Shown: positions 1 through 11,002 of the stretch, one piece after another | Layout of the letters: every line of letters begins with the position of its first letter | Numbering within the stretch: the stretch's first letter is position 1 | Assembly: GCF_001949145.1 (NCBI RefSeq) | Contig: NW_019091419.1 | Span: forward strand, 490,527-522,671 | Source of the DNA: Acanthaster planci | Taxonomy: Eukaryota | Direction of reading: 5' to 3' | Length of the DNA stretch: 32,145 nt | Notes under the pieces: generated by a model | Databases searched by the model: none | Seen by the model: the letters and a program-made list of their open reading frames with translations, nothing else | Told to the model about the DNA's origin: nothing | Translations under genes and position numbers: made by a program

Positions 1-287
1 TCTTCAAGTTTGACAACTTTGGTTCCATTTGTTTGAATTGCCCTCTTCCCCAAATGATGCTTCTCCTTCCAATGTTAACTTTTGAAGACAACCATTTGAA
101 AAGACTCAAATTTGTGAAAAGCTATCACTATCCGAATCCAGACATGGCGGGGACAGGGCCCATAGTTCTTTCAGTCAGCAGAATCCCAGATGAGGAATCA
201 ACTTCAAAGTTTTGCACTTGTTCCCCGTCGTAGGATGAGGAAACTAAGGATGAATCTGATCACTTAAATACAGAAATTCCAGCACTT

Positions 288-419
288 CTAGAAGTTTGGC
301 TCACTGATGTCTGTGAGGGTCTCCCCAAACACAGTCTTCTCCCACTTGGACAGCTGATGGACAAACGAGCGGTGGGGACGGATGTTGCTTTTACAAGAGG
401 CAAGGTGCTTGTAGGCTTC
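288..419 (-). CDS. STYXL1: STYXL1-like terminal exon: EAYKHLASCKSNIRPHRSFVHQLSKWEKTVFGETLTDISEPNF*
   Basis: Acceptor ctctctattcag|gaa with a long pyrimidine tract. Aligns without gaps to the DSP C-terminus (EAFDYIKQRRSMVSPNFGFMGQLLQYE). Stop TAG at 290-288. The 3'UTR runs off the window start. Confidence 0.8.
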   Translation of the reverse strand, partial: EAYKHLASCKSNIRPHRSFVHQLSKWEKTVFGETLTDISEPNF

Positions 420-904
420 CTGAATAGAGAGGGAGACAACGGGAACACTTTGTATTTAAAAAAAAATTACGAGACTTAGAATGCTGTTTCCAAAATGAGA
501 TGATTGAGGGTGAGTTCTACGTGCAAGCCCGACACTTTTGCATTGGCTCTGATAAAAGATGTACCCAGACACATAACTTCAGGAAGGCTTCTAATAAAGA
601 TGGAAGCATCATGCCAGACACTGTATCAGTCAAGTAACCCTTCACGTTTTTTGTTATTGCTAACAATAACTAGCAAAATGCTTCCACTACTAACATGTAC
701 CGGGTGGTGAAAATGTGATTGTATTTGTCCATCCAATAAATAAAAGCTTTGTGTAAAAATTCCTTAAAACATGTATACATATAATAATATGGGCATGTTT
801 TAATTTTTGTTTACGTTAAAAAAACTAGATTATATTAGCTTTCCTTCCTAAAAAATGACTCTTAAAACTTGACCAGTTGCTGTTAAGAGAATCGATTGAA
901 TCAC

Positions 905-1017
905 CTGCAGTGTCCACTTGTAGAACACCATGAGAAAGGCTAACACCACACAGACACTGCGGCTCAGACCGTGGTCACTGCATACGAGGGCAGGCTGCTC
1001 GGAACCTATCACATCAC
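905..1017 (-). CDS. STYXL1: STYXL1-like exon 6: (G)DVIGSEQPALVCSDHGLSRSVCVVLAFLMVFYKWTLQ, P-loop with Cys replaced by Ser
   Basis: Acceptor gccacatag|gt. Donor CAG|gtgatt. The HCxxGxxRS signature reads CSDHGLSRS, so the catalytic Cys is Ser. This is the defining MK-STYX pseudophosphatase feature. Confidence 0.8.
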
Positions 1018-1576
1018 CTATGTGGCAAACATAAAAGAGAAATGTCTCTTAAACATTTGTGATAATTCCCGACTTCTCAGCTGAGAAGAAAGGTTGCACA
1101 TAAAATAGAACATGTAAGTACAATCAAGCTGTGTGGTAGGGCCAAAGTCATGCAACCTGACAACCGTTATTGCTGGCTTCCAACACATGGTAGTGAGTTT
1201 TTTGTTCGCGTTTGGTCACCACATACATGTAAGTCTGTTGAACAGTGATTCTGTGTGGCAGTCAAAGAAATTAGACGTAGCAAATACATCAGGAAATGTT
1301 AGCCGTTCTTTTCAAAATCCCTCTTGCCTGCGGTGCTTGTTTATACATAGTGACAGAAAATGAGATATGCTGGACACCCCATCTGAGAGGTGAGTGATAG
1401 AATCCGGAATATGCCCTGCACTGGATCAGCAGGATCATTGTGGAACTTAGGACATTCCTGGCACAGAATTGGAATACTGTATACTAGGCAAAGGAACTGA
1501 CATGTAACAAAACCAGGGACAGGCTGGATACTGAACTCGTAACAGTCAGTTCTTTCCGCAGAAAATGCTACCTTAC

Positions 1577-1677
1577 CCAGATATTGGCATGCTGGGTTCA
1601 AGTGAGGGTCTAGGTCCCCATCCTCGTCATCTGTGACTGGAATGTGAAGCAGCTGATCACTGCTCAGGGCACAGTCT
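1577..1677 (-). CDS. STYXL1: STYXL1-like exon 5: DCALSSDQLLHIPVTDDEDGDLDPHLNPACQYL, DSP-domain middle
   Basis: ORF track 1341..1706(-). Acceptor ttttttag|a. Donor CTGG|gtaagg. LLHIPVTDDE corresponds to the YLHIPVEDN block of DSPs. Confidence 0.75.
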
Positions 1678-2605
1678 CTAAAAAACAAAGACAAAGGATT
1701 CACCACTAAACAACGTTACATTTTTAGTAATCTTTTCAGTAAAAAATCCCACAACTTCAGTTGTAAATAATCTTAGTAATGTTTGCTGGTGTTTCTTGAT
1801 AGACTGACCTGCTCAAAGTGTGCAACATTTTGGCAATGTCATGAAACGATACCTTTTCTGTATGGTACACATGTACTTGGCCAGTTGCCAACAAGCCACT
1901 TCATGGAAGGTCAATTCATGGAACTGATCTATAAACCTTCCAGTTTTATTACAGGAAAGGGTGACAGACAAGATGTAGATAGGCAACAAAAATTGAAAGA
2001 CTAGCAAAAGTCTGCTATAAATAAAAGTACCCAAAGTGACCACTGATCAGGGCCTGATTGGCCATGAGGCTCTGCTCACCATTAGCAAAAATATCACCAC
2101 GAACTACACCATAAAATTCTGCACTTAGGGTTAGCATATTTCTCAGATTAGCAGGAAAATTTGGGTTATATCATTTATATGCATGTGCAAATCCTGTAAC
2201 CAAGGATTCTATGCTTATTTGGTTGTCGAAGAATTTTAGTAATAGCACGCTTTTAGCATAAAATGCTGAAAATGAGCATGGAATTTGTGGTTAGCAGAGC
2301 CATGAAACTAGGCTACGTTAACTGGCTGGTAGAGACAGTTCCATCTACTGTTGCAGTTGCCTTTTAGCCTGGAACTTTGGACAGCCTACTTCTATTTCAT
2401 GAAATTGTCCTTGTTCTTTATAGTTTTAAGTCATCAGGACTTCCATACTGAGTTCTACACCAAAACAAACTCATGACCACAAGAAATTAAACAAAATACC
2501 TAACACGGTAAAAGAAACAAGAATAAAAGGCCTTGCATTCAGGACACAAAAAGTGACCCAATACTACGTGTTCCTTACAGTTCTGTAGGCTCTGCTGACA
2601 GGTAC

Positions 2606-2861
2606 ACTACTGCCTTGATTTTCAGGTCTTTCCTGACGGACGTCCGGCAGGCCTGCTGACAGTTCCCCAGGTACAGCCTGCCGGGCAGCACCTCCACAGG
2701 GTAGGGCTGGAGCTGGTCCAGCTCCCTGGGCATATAGATGATCTTCTGCGTTCGCAGGAACGGGTAGAGGGCCGAGAACTCCTCGTAGCCACCCCGGAGG
2801 ACCTTGACAGGATTGCGGCTGCCCATCTCTGACATGACTTGGGCGCATGCAATTGCAGGTT
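2606..2861 (-). CDS. STYXL1: STYXL1-like exon 4: rhodanese C-terminus (VKVLRGGYEEFSALYPFL) plus DSP-domain start (YPVEVLPGRLYLGNCQQA...DLKIKAVV)
   Basis: ORF track 2575..2835(-). Acceptor ttccattcag|aa, phase 1. GGYEEFS and LPGRLYLGN are hallmark MKP/DSP motifs. Donor AGT|gtacct is weaker and was chosen by phase (2) to match the next exon. Confidence 0.7.
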
Positions 2862-3285
2862 CTGAATGGAAAACAAGATAAATTTATCTTTAAAAAAGTT
2901 TTTACTGCACTTCCAATATTAAAGTGGTCAGAAGCAGAAAAGAAGTTTGTGAGCCGAAGTACATACTTATGAGAAAATGTACACAAATCAATGATAATGT
3001 GCACAATGCTGCATTTTAACAAAGACCTGAAGAAAATGACTGCTTCAACTGTCTTGGTAAAACAGACACCAATATAGCTGCAGAAGTCTCAGAAAAAGCC
3101 AGTTCAATGTTCATATAGCGCATACCCAAAGTAAAGCATGCCCATGGTTATACTTGATTAGCAATACGTGTGCATGAATTCTGCCCTGTCTGCTTGGCCA
3201 CAAGCGGCTTCATACACGTTTTGTTCTTGAAGTTGAGTGATCTCGCCTTTTGAAATACCAACTGGCATTTTAAAAACAAAAGTAC

Positions 3286-3385
3286 CTTGATCTTTCAGGC
3301 TTCGCGTTTTGCTGTCTAGAACCACAACATGCATTTTGCATTCCAGCTCACCATCATACGGAACAAGGAATTCTCCTGAGGCTGA
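3286..3385 (-). CDS. STYXL1: STYXL1-like exon 3: SASGEFLVPYDGELECKMHVVVLDSKTRSLKDQ, rhodanese core
   Basis: ORF track 3158..3409(-). Acceptor ttattacag|tca. Donor CAAG|gtactt. VVVLD matches the rhodanese VVVYD motif. Confidence 0.75.
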
Positions 3386-3698
3386 CTGTAATAACCACAA
3401 AAAGAGCAAAAAGTTAAAATTTCACGTCAGAGACTTTAGCCTGGTGAAACAAATTCCTTGGCAGAGTGGTTGTCAATTTTGAAAGTTCTGATATTAATAA
3501 AATGTACACATTTGAAAAGCAAAGAATAAAATCTTTAAGAGGACATTACACACGCACAAAGAGACAGCCAAAAGACTCACTTCCATTCCAATAAACACAC
3601 CAGTATTCGTGTAAAATGTAATTCAGTTCAGCATGATTAGAACTGAGATTAAATCAAAAATGATGGAGGACAAAATTAAAGACAAGTCAGCCGATTAC

Positions 3699-3760
3699 CC
3701 GAGGTGCTTTCTTGGATGTGATGATGTGACTCTCATTATACTCATTTGTTTGCCGGGCAT
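3699..3760 (-). CDS. STYXL1: STYXL1-like exon 2: (D)ARQTNEYNESHIITSKKAPR, rhodanese-domain N-terminal part
   Basis: Acceptor caaattgcag|at. Phase 1 joins g+at=Asp. Aligns to [22 protein letters not shown] of vertebrate STYXL1. Donor CGG|gtaatc, phase 0. Confidence 0.7.
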
Positions 3761-4180
3761 CTGCAATTTGAAAACATTTGGGAGAAATAGCACTTCTGAA
3801 AAAGAATTTGAATATAATACGGTGACTTGTTTCATCTGCAAGGAAGTAATGTCAAGTGAAGTGCTGGTAGTATGTGAATGCCTCAAACCAAGAAAAGAAG
3901 TCTAATCAACCTTGATCTAAAACATACCGGTACAAAAAGACACAAGTCATGCATTCCCGTCTTTTAAGCCCAATCTGTTGTAAATTATCCTTTGTGAACA
4001 GTGAGGTTGATTTTTACTTCGGTGGTTTCATTGTAAAACGTGGGCCTAACAAGCACCACATCAGAAGATCCAGCGATTGATAGCCCACCAATACTCGTTC
4101 ACAAATTTCAGATACACTGTTTGTTGAGTTTATGATGAAACTACGTCTGGCACTGTCCTGCTCATGCCATGCGACCTTAC

Positions 4181-4286
4181 CTAGTAGCAAGAGGTAATTG
4201 GCATCACTGAGGCATGGATAGGATGTAGCCTGCTGAAGGATGTTGTATAGCTCTGTTGGCTCGCACATTACAATTCGACCAGCCAT
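4181..4286 (-). CDS. STYXL1: STYXL1-like pseudophosphatase, exon 1 (start codon): MAGRIVMCEPTELYNILQQATSYPCLSDANYLLLL + 1 nt
   Basis: ORF track 4014..4286(-). Strong Kozak caccATGg. N-terminus recalled to resemble vertebrate MK-STYX (MPGLLLCEPTELYNILNQ...). Donor CTAG|gtaagg leaves phase 1. Confidence 0.8.
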
Positions 4287-5433
4287 GGTGCTGGTGGTTT
4301 ACTTGGAACAAGGGATGAGGGTTCAAATCTGTTGGATAATCACAAGTAAGAATTAATTGATGTACATGTACAATACTGGATAACCAACCCATCCCTTATG
4401 CTCTCTAGCTCATCCATTGATTTTCAAAGACAACACTGGGTGTATTTCTGTGGCATAAATGCAGGCCAACAGCCTTCTTTCATGCATGATAAACTTGTGA
4501 AAGTCACTGTTGCCATTGGCATTTCATTAGTAAACTATGTCAATGTTGGGCACAATTGGTTGATCTGTGAGATCACTCAATCTTTGCCCAATCAGTCGAT
4601 CTTAGTCCAAATATTCTGCCATCAGCAAATCGCCTTTCATGGTTGTTAAAGACTGTTTCACAAAAGGGAAGTAGGAAATTCATGCAGAATCAACCAATTT
4701 CAGAGAACATTCAGGTGATCGAGCATATTTTATGAAAATACGAATTGTAGGCCTACTCGTTTTGTGTACAAAATAATCATGGTTTGCTCTTCTGGGACAA
4801 AAAACCCAAAGCTAACATCTCAAGACATCCCTTCATCTTCTTCTAAATACTGCAAACTAACTCCTCAAACGGGATATAGGCCCCGGCCCTAGGCCTACTG
4901 TTGCAGGTGCTGCAACACTATAGTGCTGCTTCAAATCAGTTTTTCTTTGCTTTGCATAGTCCCATAATGCCAATGGAATCTAACTTTATATCGAAACGTT
5001 TCTTATGATATCCTCTCCAAGATCACCTCAAAGACAAAAAGGAAACAAGTATTCGAAAAAATACAATATTATTTGCCTCCATAGACACTACCTTGACCTA
5101 GGCTATAATAAGTGCACAGACTGTACGCGAGTTATGACAAGCTAAACGTAAAATTGATTTTTTTGAAGTGGAAACTATCACCTTTTTTAGAGAAACACTT
5201 GACGTTACGGTGGAAAATTCACAGAAGCATTTGAGAAAAGTTTCAATAATTTCTATCCGGGAAACAAGAAAAATTGCTCACAGTCACAAGTCTTACGATT
5301 CGTCTGCTCTTTTCACATACGTGCACATGACATCTGCCGCACATAATTATGCAAACACGACTTGTAAACTTCCGCGTTAGTTACTAAGGAGTTCCAGCAA
5401 AACTGCATTGTGGGAATAACCTCTATGCACGCG

Positions 5434-5564
5434 CATTGCGATTGCGCTGTGACCCACGACACGACCTTTCCTCTCCATCCCTTCGCCGGTTTTGGCAGCT
5501 GAAAATTGCGTTTCATTGTAATTGCGCTATATATTTCGAATTCACACCTTTGTATGCGATTGCG
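5434..5564 (+). promoter_or_regulatory. Cluster of five same-orientation ATTGCG motifs (5435, 5441, 5505, 5521, 5559) upstream of MDH2
   Basis: Read directly: gcgcATTGCGATTGCGctgt ... aaaATTGCGtttcattgtaATTGCGctatatat ... gcgATTGCGagg. ATTGCG resembles a C/EBP or CHOP-family bZIP half-site. Confidence 0.3.
5528..5534 (+). promoter_or_regulatory. TATA-like element (TATATAT) in the MDH2 core promoter, within the MDH2/STYXL1 bidirectional intergenic region
   Basis: ctaTATATtt lies about 70 nt upstream of the MDH2 ATG, flanked by ATTGCG repeats. Confidence 0.3.
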
Positions 5565-5603
5565 AGGTTTTGTAGTATAGATTGTTCTCAGATTGCAGTG
5601 AAA

Positions 5604-5681
5604 ATGTTGAGATCTTGTGTTCTTCTGAGGAGGGTGGGAACGCCAGCCCAAGCCAAACGATTGCTGTCGCTGTCTGCTCAG
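5604..5681 (+). CDS. MDH2: MDH2 exon 1: MLRSCVLLRRVGTPAQAKRLLSLSAQ, mitochondrial targeting presequence
   Basis: ATG at 5604. Arg-rich amphipathic presequence ending ...LSAQ, like human ...RSFSTSAQ. Donor CAG|gtaggt. TATA-like box ~70 nt upstream. Confidence 0.8.
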
Positions 5682-5930
5682 GTAGGTTGACCGGTCCTCG
5701 CCGCGCTCAGCGTGCCGGCGCTGTGGAACTGAACTGCAACTGGCATTATGACTGGACAGCGTGTTGTAGGTATCCATAGGCCTACATGTAACTTGTTACT
5801 ATGGAGTTGAGTCAGGCTGTCAGTTTTAAAACTGAAAGTGGAAGATTCAAAACTGTTTCAAATAATAATATACATTATGAAGGCCTATTTTACAATCAAA
5901 ATTCACAACAAATTTTGTAACTGCTTTGGC

Positions 5931-6175
5931 AGAAAGAGTTCCACTTGACCATGTTGACTCCCCATGCACAAACCTTGTGAAACTGGTCTGAAAAACTGTG
6001 TTTTCGAAGTAAGCGACTTGGTTTTATCCTTCCTAAAATGAACTTTTCTGGACATGTTTTTATTTTCTAAAGGCTAATACTAGGCCTACTACTTACTAGG
6101 TCACTGTAGGGAATAACTTCTGGTATCTGTTTATGGAGCTCTTCCCACTGTGATATATTGCAAAGCTAAGTTTCA
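5931..6175 (+). repeat. Interspersed repeat (family A) copy inside MDH2 intron 1
   Basis: About 75-80% identical to 26367-26605. The shared backbone is gagttcca...gcacaaacc...ggtctgaaaaa...gaacttttctggacatgttttt...gtcactgtagggaataa.... Confidence 0.7.
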
Positions 6176-6876
6176 ACCATGTATGACATGTTAACAGGAC
6201 AGTTACAAGGGTGCTAAAATTATTTTCATTGCTTCATGCGTTAAAGAGTTAAGTCAGTTTACAATGATAATTTTTACTTTTTCAGGGGGTCATGTTCTGT
6301 TGTCACTTTTCAGCATCACACACAATTGTTTTTAGAGCAATTACTTATGCATTCTGAAGGAAAAATGGAAGAAAGCTTGTACCAGCAGAAACAGCAAAAA
6401 TTTCCCTACACAGTCATGACAGTCCTTTTAAATTAGCTGCATAGCTGTATCTGTGGCAGGGTTATGGGCCCTAAAGATCATCTGAACTTTATAGAGGGTT
6501 AAACTTAACATGGATTTAAAACTTCCCAGTTATGTTGGCGATATTTTCAGGTCCTGGAATAAAGAATCCTTCAGAAGCAAATATTTGAAAACAGAAAGAG
6601 TGGCTACAAGTACATGATGTAATGCACACGCAAGTTTTTATTTTCGTTTTCGGTCCAGGAGCCTGTCTCCAGTCCTGTTATTCTTGAATGATTGTTGTAA
6701 CTTTGTTGTTTTGGGGGTTAGAATGATATGATATCCCAGTATGAACAGCCCAGAAATACATTTTGCAAGTATCATCAAATTGGACACATTCCACTAAACA
6801 TCCTTTGCAGCATTAGTGCAAAATGGAAGCGGAACTCTTGTGTTTGCATTTAATATGCATTTTTTCTTTCCTCTAG

Positions 6877-7129
6877 AATGAGCAAAAAATAGCAGTTCTG
6901 GGTGCAGCTGGTGGGATTGGCCAGCCATTGTCCCTCCTGCTGAAGATGAACCCAATGGTGAGCAACCTTGCACTTTACGATGTCGTCAACACACCTGGTG
7001 TGGCTGCCGACCTCAGCCATATTGAAACTCCAGCCAAGGTTACTGGTTACCAGGGAATGGAACAACTACAGCAGTGCCTGGAGGGAAGCCAGTTGGTGCT
7101 CATCCCTGCTGGCATGCCCAGGAAGCCTG
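6877..7129 (+). CDS. MDH2: MDH2 exon 2: [84 protein letters not shown](G)
   Basis: Acceptor ctctag|aat. NAD-binding motif GAAGGIGQ. Near-identical to the vertebrate mMDH N-terminus. Donor TG|gtaagc, phase 1. Confidence 0.9.
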
Positions 7130-7575
7130 GTAAGCTGTTTGGTAAAGTTACTGCGTATTACTAAAGTTTAGAATGCTGTCGAGAAAGTTTAGAATGGGCA
7201 CAAGAATCCACTTCAGAGATCAAGACGTAGTCTCTTTCCTTTGCAGCATGCTCAAAGTGTAGAAAGTTGTGAGCCCGTGAATCTGCTCTGACTAGAAGGG
7301 CCCCTTGCCAGCAAAGAGGAGACAAGCTAGTGGGACGTTTTTCAAGCAGGATCAAGCACATGCCTGTCATGCATTCAAAGACTATTTATTGCAAATGCAT
7401 GATCAGCATGACTTGTGCCAAGTGCCATTTCTAGTTTCTGTGCCAAGTGGATAAAGTCACGGTCATAGAATTAACATGAGAAAAACTATTACTCTCATTC
7501 TGACATTTTCTGTTGTTTGTATTATGATATTTTCACATGAAGATTTGCCTATTTCGTTGCCCTCTGCTTCTGTAG

Positions 7576-7685
7576 GAATGACCAGAGACGACCTGTTCAA
7601 CACAAATGCCTCAATCGTTGCTACTCTGACTGAAGCAGCAGCCAAGTATTGCCCAAAGGCTATCATGGGGATCATCACCAACCCG
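7576..7685 (+). CDS. MDH2: MDH2 exon 3: (G)[36 protein letters not shown]
   Basis: Acceptor tgtag|ga. Matches m[16 protein letters not shown]...ANPV. Donor CCG|gtaagg. Confidence 0.9.
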
Positions 7686-8163
7686 GTAAGGCAAACAATT
7701 AACAACAATTTTTTGAAATAAGTTGAGTACCATTTGAGGGAAGCATACAATGTTTATAAAGCGGGAAAAAATTGAGCAAAGTTTTGTGTCTGTAATGAAA
7801 CCAAGGATTTTTTTCAAACGCACAAACCTGACGAAAACCTGCAGTCACGAAAATGAGAAGAAATACGGTATAGAGGTGAGAGGAAAATCCCAGAAAAAAA
7901 ATTTCCTGGTAAAATGTAGTTTGGTACTGATTTAAAATCTTTACTCCAACCTGATGCCCCACTCACTCATTTTGTGAACCTTTAACTTCGACTGAAATTT
8001 AAGCTTTAGCACAGAAAATGTATGTTAGTACTCTAAACTGTCACCATCTATTACATCAACAAGGTTAGCTGGACAGCACCAAGCAGTCATTTTCCAGCAG
8101 TGGACCTTAAGCAAAGTGCGTTTCTTTCCATCTTGTGTATGCATAAATTGTGTGACAACTCAG

Positions 8164-8367
8164 GTCAATTCGACAGTTCCCATCTGCTCTGAGATCTACA
8201 AGAAAGCCGGAGTATATGATCCGGCCCGCATATTTGGCGTCACCACCCTGGACATCGTCCGATCCAACACATTCGTCTCTGAGCTGAAGGGCCTGGACGT
8301 CACTGCCACCTCGGTGCCGGTCATTGGAGGGCACTCGGGGATCACTATCATCCCACTGCTGTCTCAG
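8164..8367 (+). CDS. MDH2: MDH2 exon 4: [68 protein letters not shown]
   Basis: ORF track 8116..8433(+). Acceptor caactcag|gtc. Catalytic His in the IGGHSG motif. Donor CAG|gtaact. Confidence 0.9.
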
Positions 8368-8957
8368 GTAACTGGAAGCCATCCATTCTATGCAGGAGCA
8401 ACCCCTTTGCCAGTTACAGTGTTTTGGACATGAAGGACTCACAGAGCACTCTTACCTTATCTGTTTGAAGGTTCACGTGTGCGTCAGATGCTCAGATGAA
8501 ACCATTCCCACCATGTCTCCTCTTTGCTTGTGAAGGGGTGATTCAAGCTGGATGGGATAGTGCTTTTCAAGTTGGAAATTGTTTCCATCAGCATTGAAGT
8601 GAATTGCGGAAGTAATTTCAAATTTGTCAGGCATGGATCATTTTGCAGGCAGTTAAAATGCGTATGAGCTTTGCCCACAGATAGTCGTGCTTTTAGGTAC
8701 CCATCTAAACCTACCAAAATGTAACATATGCAGGATGAGTAAACTTTTCACAATTATTACATGGACAGAAAGAAATAATGTTCAAATTTGGTTCCAGAAC
8801 AGAGGACGTGAAGTTGGTTGGGAGCATGGTGTTCCCTTTGGTGGGTTTAGGGGAAATGTCCATTGTATCGGGGTAAAGTGGGTGTGAGAAAAACTCCTCA
8901 GGGGGTATTGTGATCTTGTGGATACGTTGACATCACTTTGTGCAATTTCATATCCAG

Positions 8958-9056
8958 ACACAGCCCAAAGTAAGCTTCACTGAAGATGAGCTGGTAAAAC
9001 TAACTGATCGTATTCAGAACGCAGGAACAGAAGTTGTCAACGCAAAAGCAGGAGCC
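8958..9056 (+). CDS. MDH2: MDH2 exon 5: [33 protein letters not shown]
   Basis: Acceptor atccag|aca. Donor GCC|gtaagt. Matches mMDH CTPKVDFPQDQL...AKAGAGSATLSM. Confidence 0.9.
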
Positions 9057-9393
9057 GTAAGTATTGAGGAATTCATAACAATCTGTGAATTTTGTGACAA
9101 AAAAAAATTGTGAAGGAAGTCATATGTCCAGAAGCCATTATTGCAGTAGTATGTTGCTTGTATGCAGGTGATATGTGCATATTAAATGCATTTTTTACCA
9201 AGAATAGTGTTTTGATTTGCCAAATACATATGCCTCAAGTTAAAGGATATGGCATGGGTGTGGTGTCACTTTGGTAATGGCCTCTTGTTGGATCAAATAC
9301 ATGTACTCTATTGGGAAACTTGTCTAGGTACTCACATAGTAATTATAAAAATCCACCAAAGATGTCAACAAATGGGAAGAACCACTGATATAG

Positions 9394-9462
9394 GGCTGGA
9401 AAGCTCAGTTGGTGGAGCTCTGGCATGGTGTTCTGGAAGTCACAGGTTCAACTACTGCTCCT
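9394..9462 (+). mobile_element. tRNA-like segment (tRNA-derived SINE head or tRNA pseudogene) in MDH2 intron 5
   Basis: gggctggaaAGCTCAGTTGGTGGAGCtctggc...acAGGTTCAACTactgctcc carries an A-box-like D-loop (AGCTCAGTTGGT.GAGC) and a degenerate B-box (GGTTCAA.TCC). Confidence 0.4.
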
Positions 9463-9948
9463 GATAAGTTCTTGGCTCATCAATATGATTTATAAAAGGG
9501 GAAAAGAGGGGTTGGCAGTACCCTTCTGACATAAAATCTTGCCCCGTTTCATCCAGAACTTTGGAGATGCTTGATTGTATTCAGCCTAACTTAATTAGAT
9601 CTTATACATGTAAAATACTGATCAGTATTTCTTTACTGGCTCCCTCTTAGCTGAAAAAAATATTGGTTAGACCTGTTGTGGAGTTTAGAGTGTAATGAAT
9701 TGTCTGGGAAGAAGCACGGTTCACTTTTTGAGCAAACCCCCCACCCTTCCTTCACACATACGCACTGATCCCCAAATCTACATATTAGAAGCATCCGTGG
9801 ATCAGTGAAATGAGCACGAGTTTGCCCTTCAGTTGTACTAGTTTTCACAACTTTACACAGCATCCTATTGGCCTTGTGCAGAAAATTAATTTTGTTTGGG
9901 TTTTTTAATTAATATGCCGTTGTCTTGATCATTTTGCATCATTAACAG

Positions 9949-9999
9949 GGTTCGGCGACACTGTCCATGGCAATGGCTGCTGCCAGGTTTGCCAGTGCA
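9949..9999 (+). CDS. MDH2: MDH2 exon 6: GSATLSMAMAAARFASA
   Basis: Acceptor attaacag|ggt. Donor GCA|gtaagt. The GSATLSMA block is conserved. Confidence 0.9.
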
Positions 10000-10270
10000 G
10001 TAAGTCACTTTTGATTGTTTTTTTAACTCGTCTGAATTTCTGCACTTACTCTGTTGGATACCTTTGAAGTAAAAAACATCTTGCATTAGACATGTTCTTA
10101 AGTATCTGAGTTGGACATACTTTATATTCGAGAGCATGTTGTGGTCCTTTTCCACTTTTCAAAAACATTGCATGGACCCTGCTTGTTATCCCTTGAATAC
10201 TATGCCAGCCTCCATTTGAACAGCTTCAGAATTTTTGTTCTCAAGTCAAGAATCAAACACTCCTTTGCAG

Positions 10271-10372
10271 GTTATGGAAGCTCTCAACGGGAAGACAGCA
10301 ATCGTGGAGTGCGCCTTTGTCAAGTCAGACGTCACTGAGGCTAGCTACTTTGCCAACCCGGTTTTGCTTGGG
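10271..10372 (+). CDS. MDH2: MDH2 exon 7: VMEALNGKTAIVECAFVKSDVTEASYFANPVLLG
   Basis: Acceptor tcctttgcag|gtt. Donor GGG|gtaaag. Confidence 0.9.
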
Positions 10373-10506
10373 GTAAAGTCTACAACCTTCTAGAAATTCC
10401 TGTAGTCTGTGTTTTTGAGTTTTGTTGGAACAGGTAAAATGTTGGCACACATCAGGTCAGAAGAATTACACTATAAAAGTGTTTTGTTTTTTTGTTGTTT
10501 TGGCAG

Positions 10507-10635
10507 CAAAGTGGTCTAGAGAAGAATCTCGGTTTTGGCTCACTCTCCGACTACGAGACAAAACTGCTGGCAGACGCTATGGGAGAACTCAAGGCCAACA
10601 TCGCCAAGGGTGAAGAATTTGTGAAGAACAACTAA
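10507..10635 (+). CDS. MDH2: MDH2 terminal exon: QSGLEKNLGFGSLSDYETKLLADAMGELKANIAKGEEFVKNN*
   Basis: Acceptor ttttggcag|caa. Stop TAA at 10633-10635. The eight exons sum to 1026 nt, 341 aa, with all phases closing. Confidence 0.85.
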   Translation, partial: QSGLEKNLGFGSLSDYETKLLADAMGELKANIAKGEEFVKNN

Positions 10636-11002
10636 AGTGCACCTGTGCCAAAAGCATCACTTCAACAGATAAGTCCCATGTATCATAATCGCCTTGAAAG
10701 GCACTTTAACAAACTGGGTCACTGATGTGGGAGAATTCTTTAGTGACTTTAGCAGCCAAGGAGACCAAGTCCCATATATGGGAAAACACTGGATTCCTTC
10801 CTTTTATCGCATTTGGGATATGCGTTGACATTCTGAAAGGCCAGTGCACTTCTCATCTTAAACTTATCACTGAATCCTTTACCTCTTTGACCTGCACAAG
10901 GGATATCTGGTCATATACCGAAAACTGCATGCAGCAAATTGGGGGAACCATAATTGTTGAGGGCAATTTTGATCAATACCATTTATTTTAATTAATCTTG
11001 TG

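Noticed and set aside
5313-5777. 154-aa minus-strand ORF spanning the MDH2 promoter and exon 1
   Set aside because: It runs antisense to the MDH2 presequence exon and through the ATTGCG/TATA region. It has no recognisable domain and its composition looks like a GC-driven open frame.
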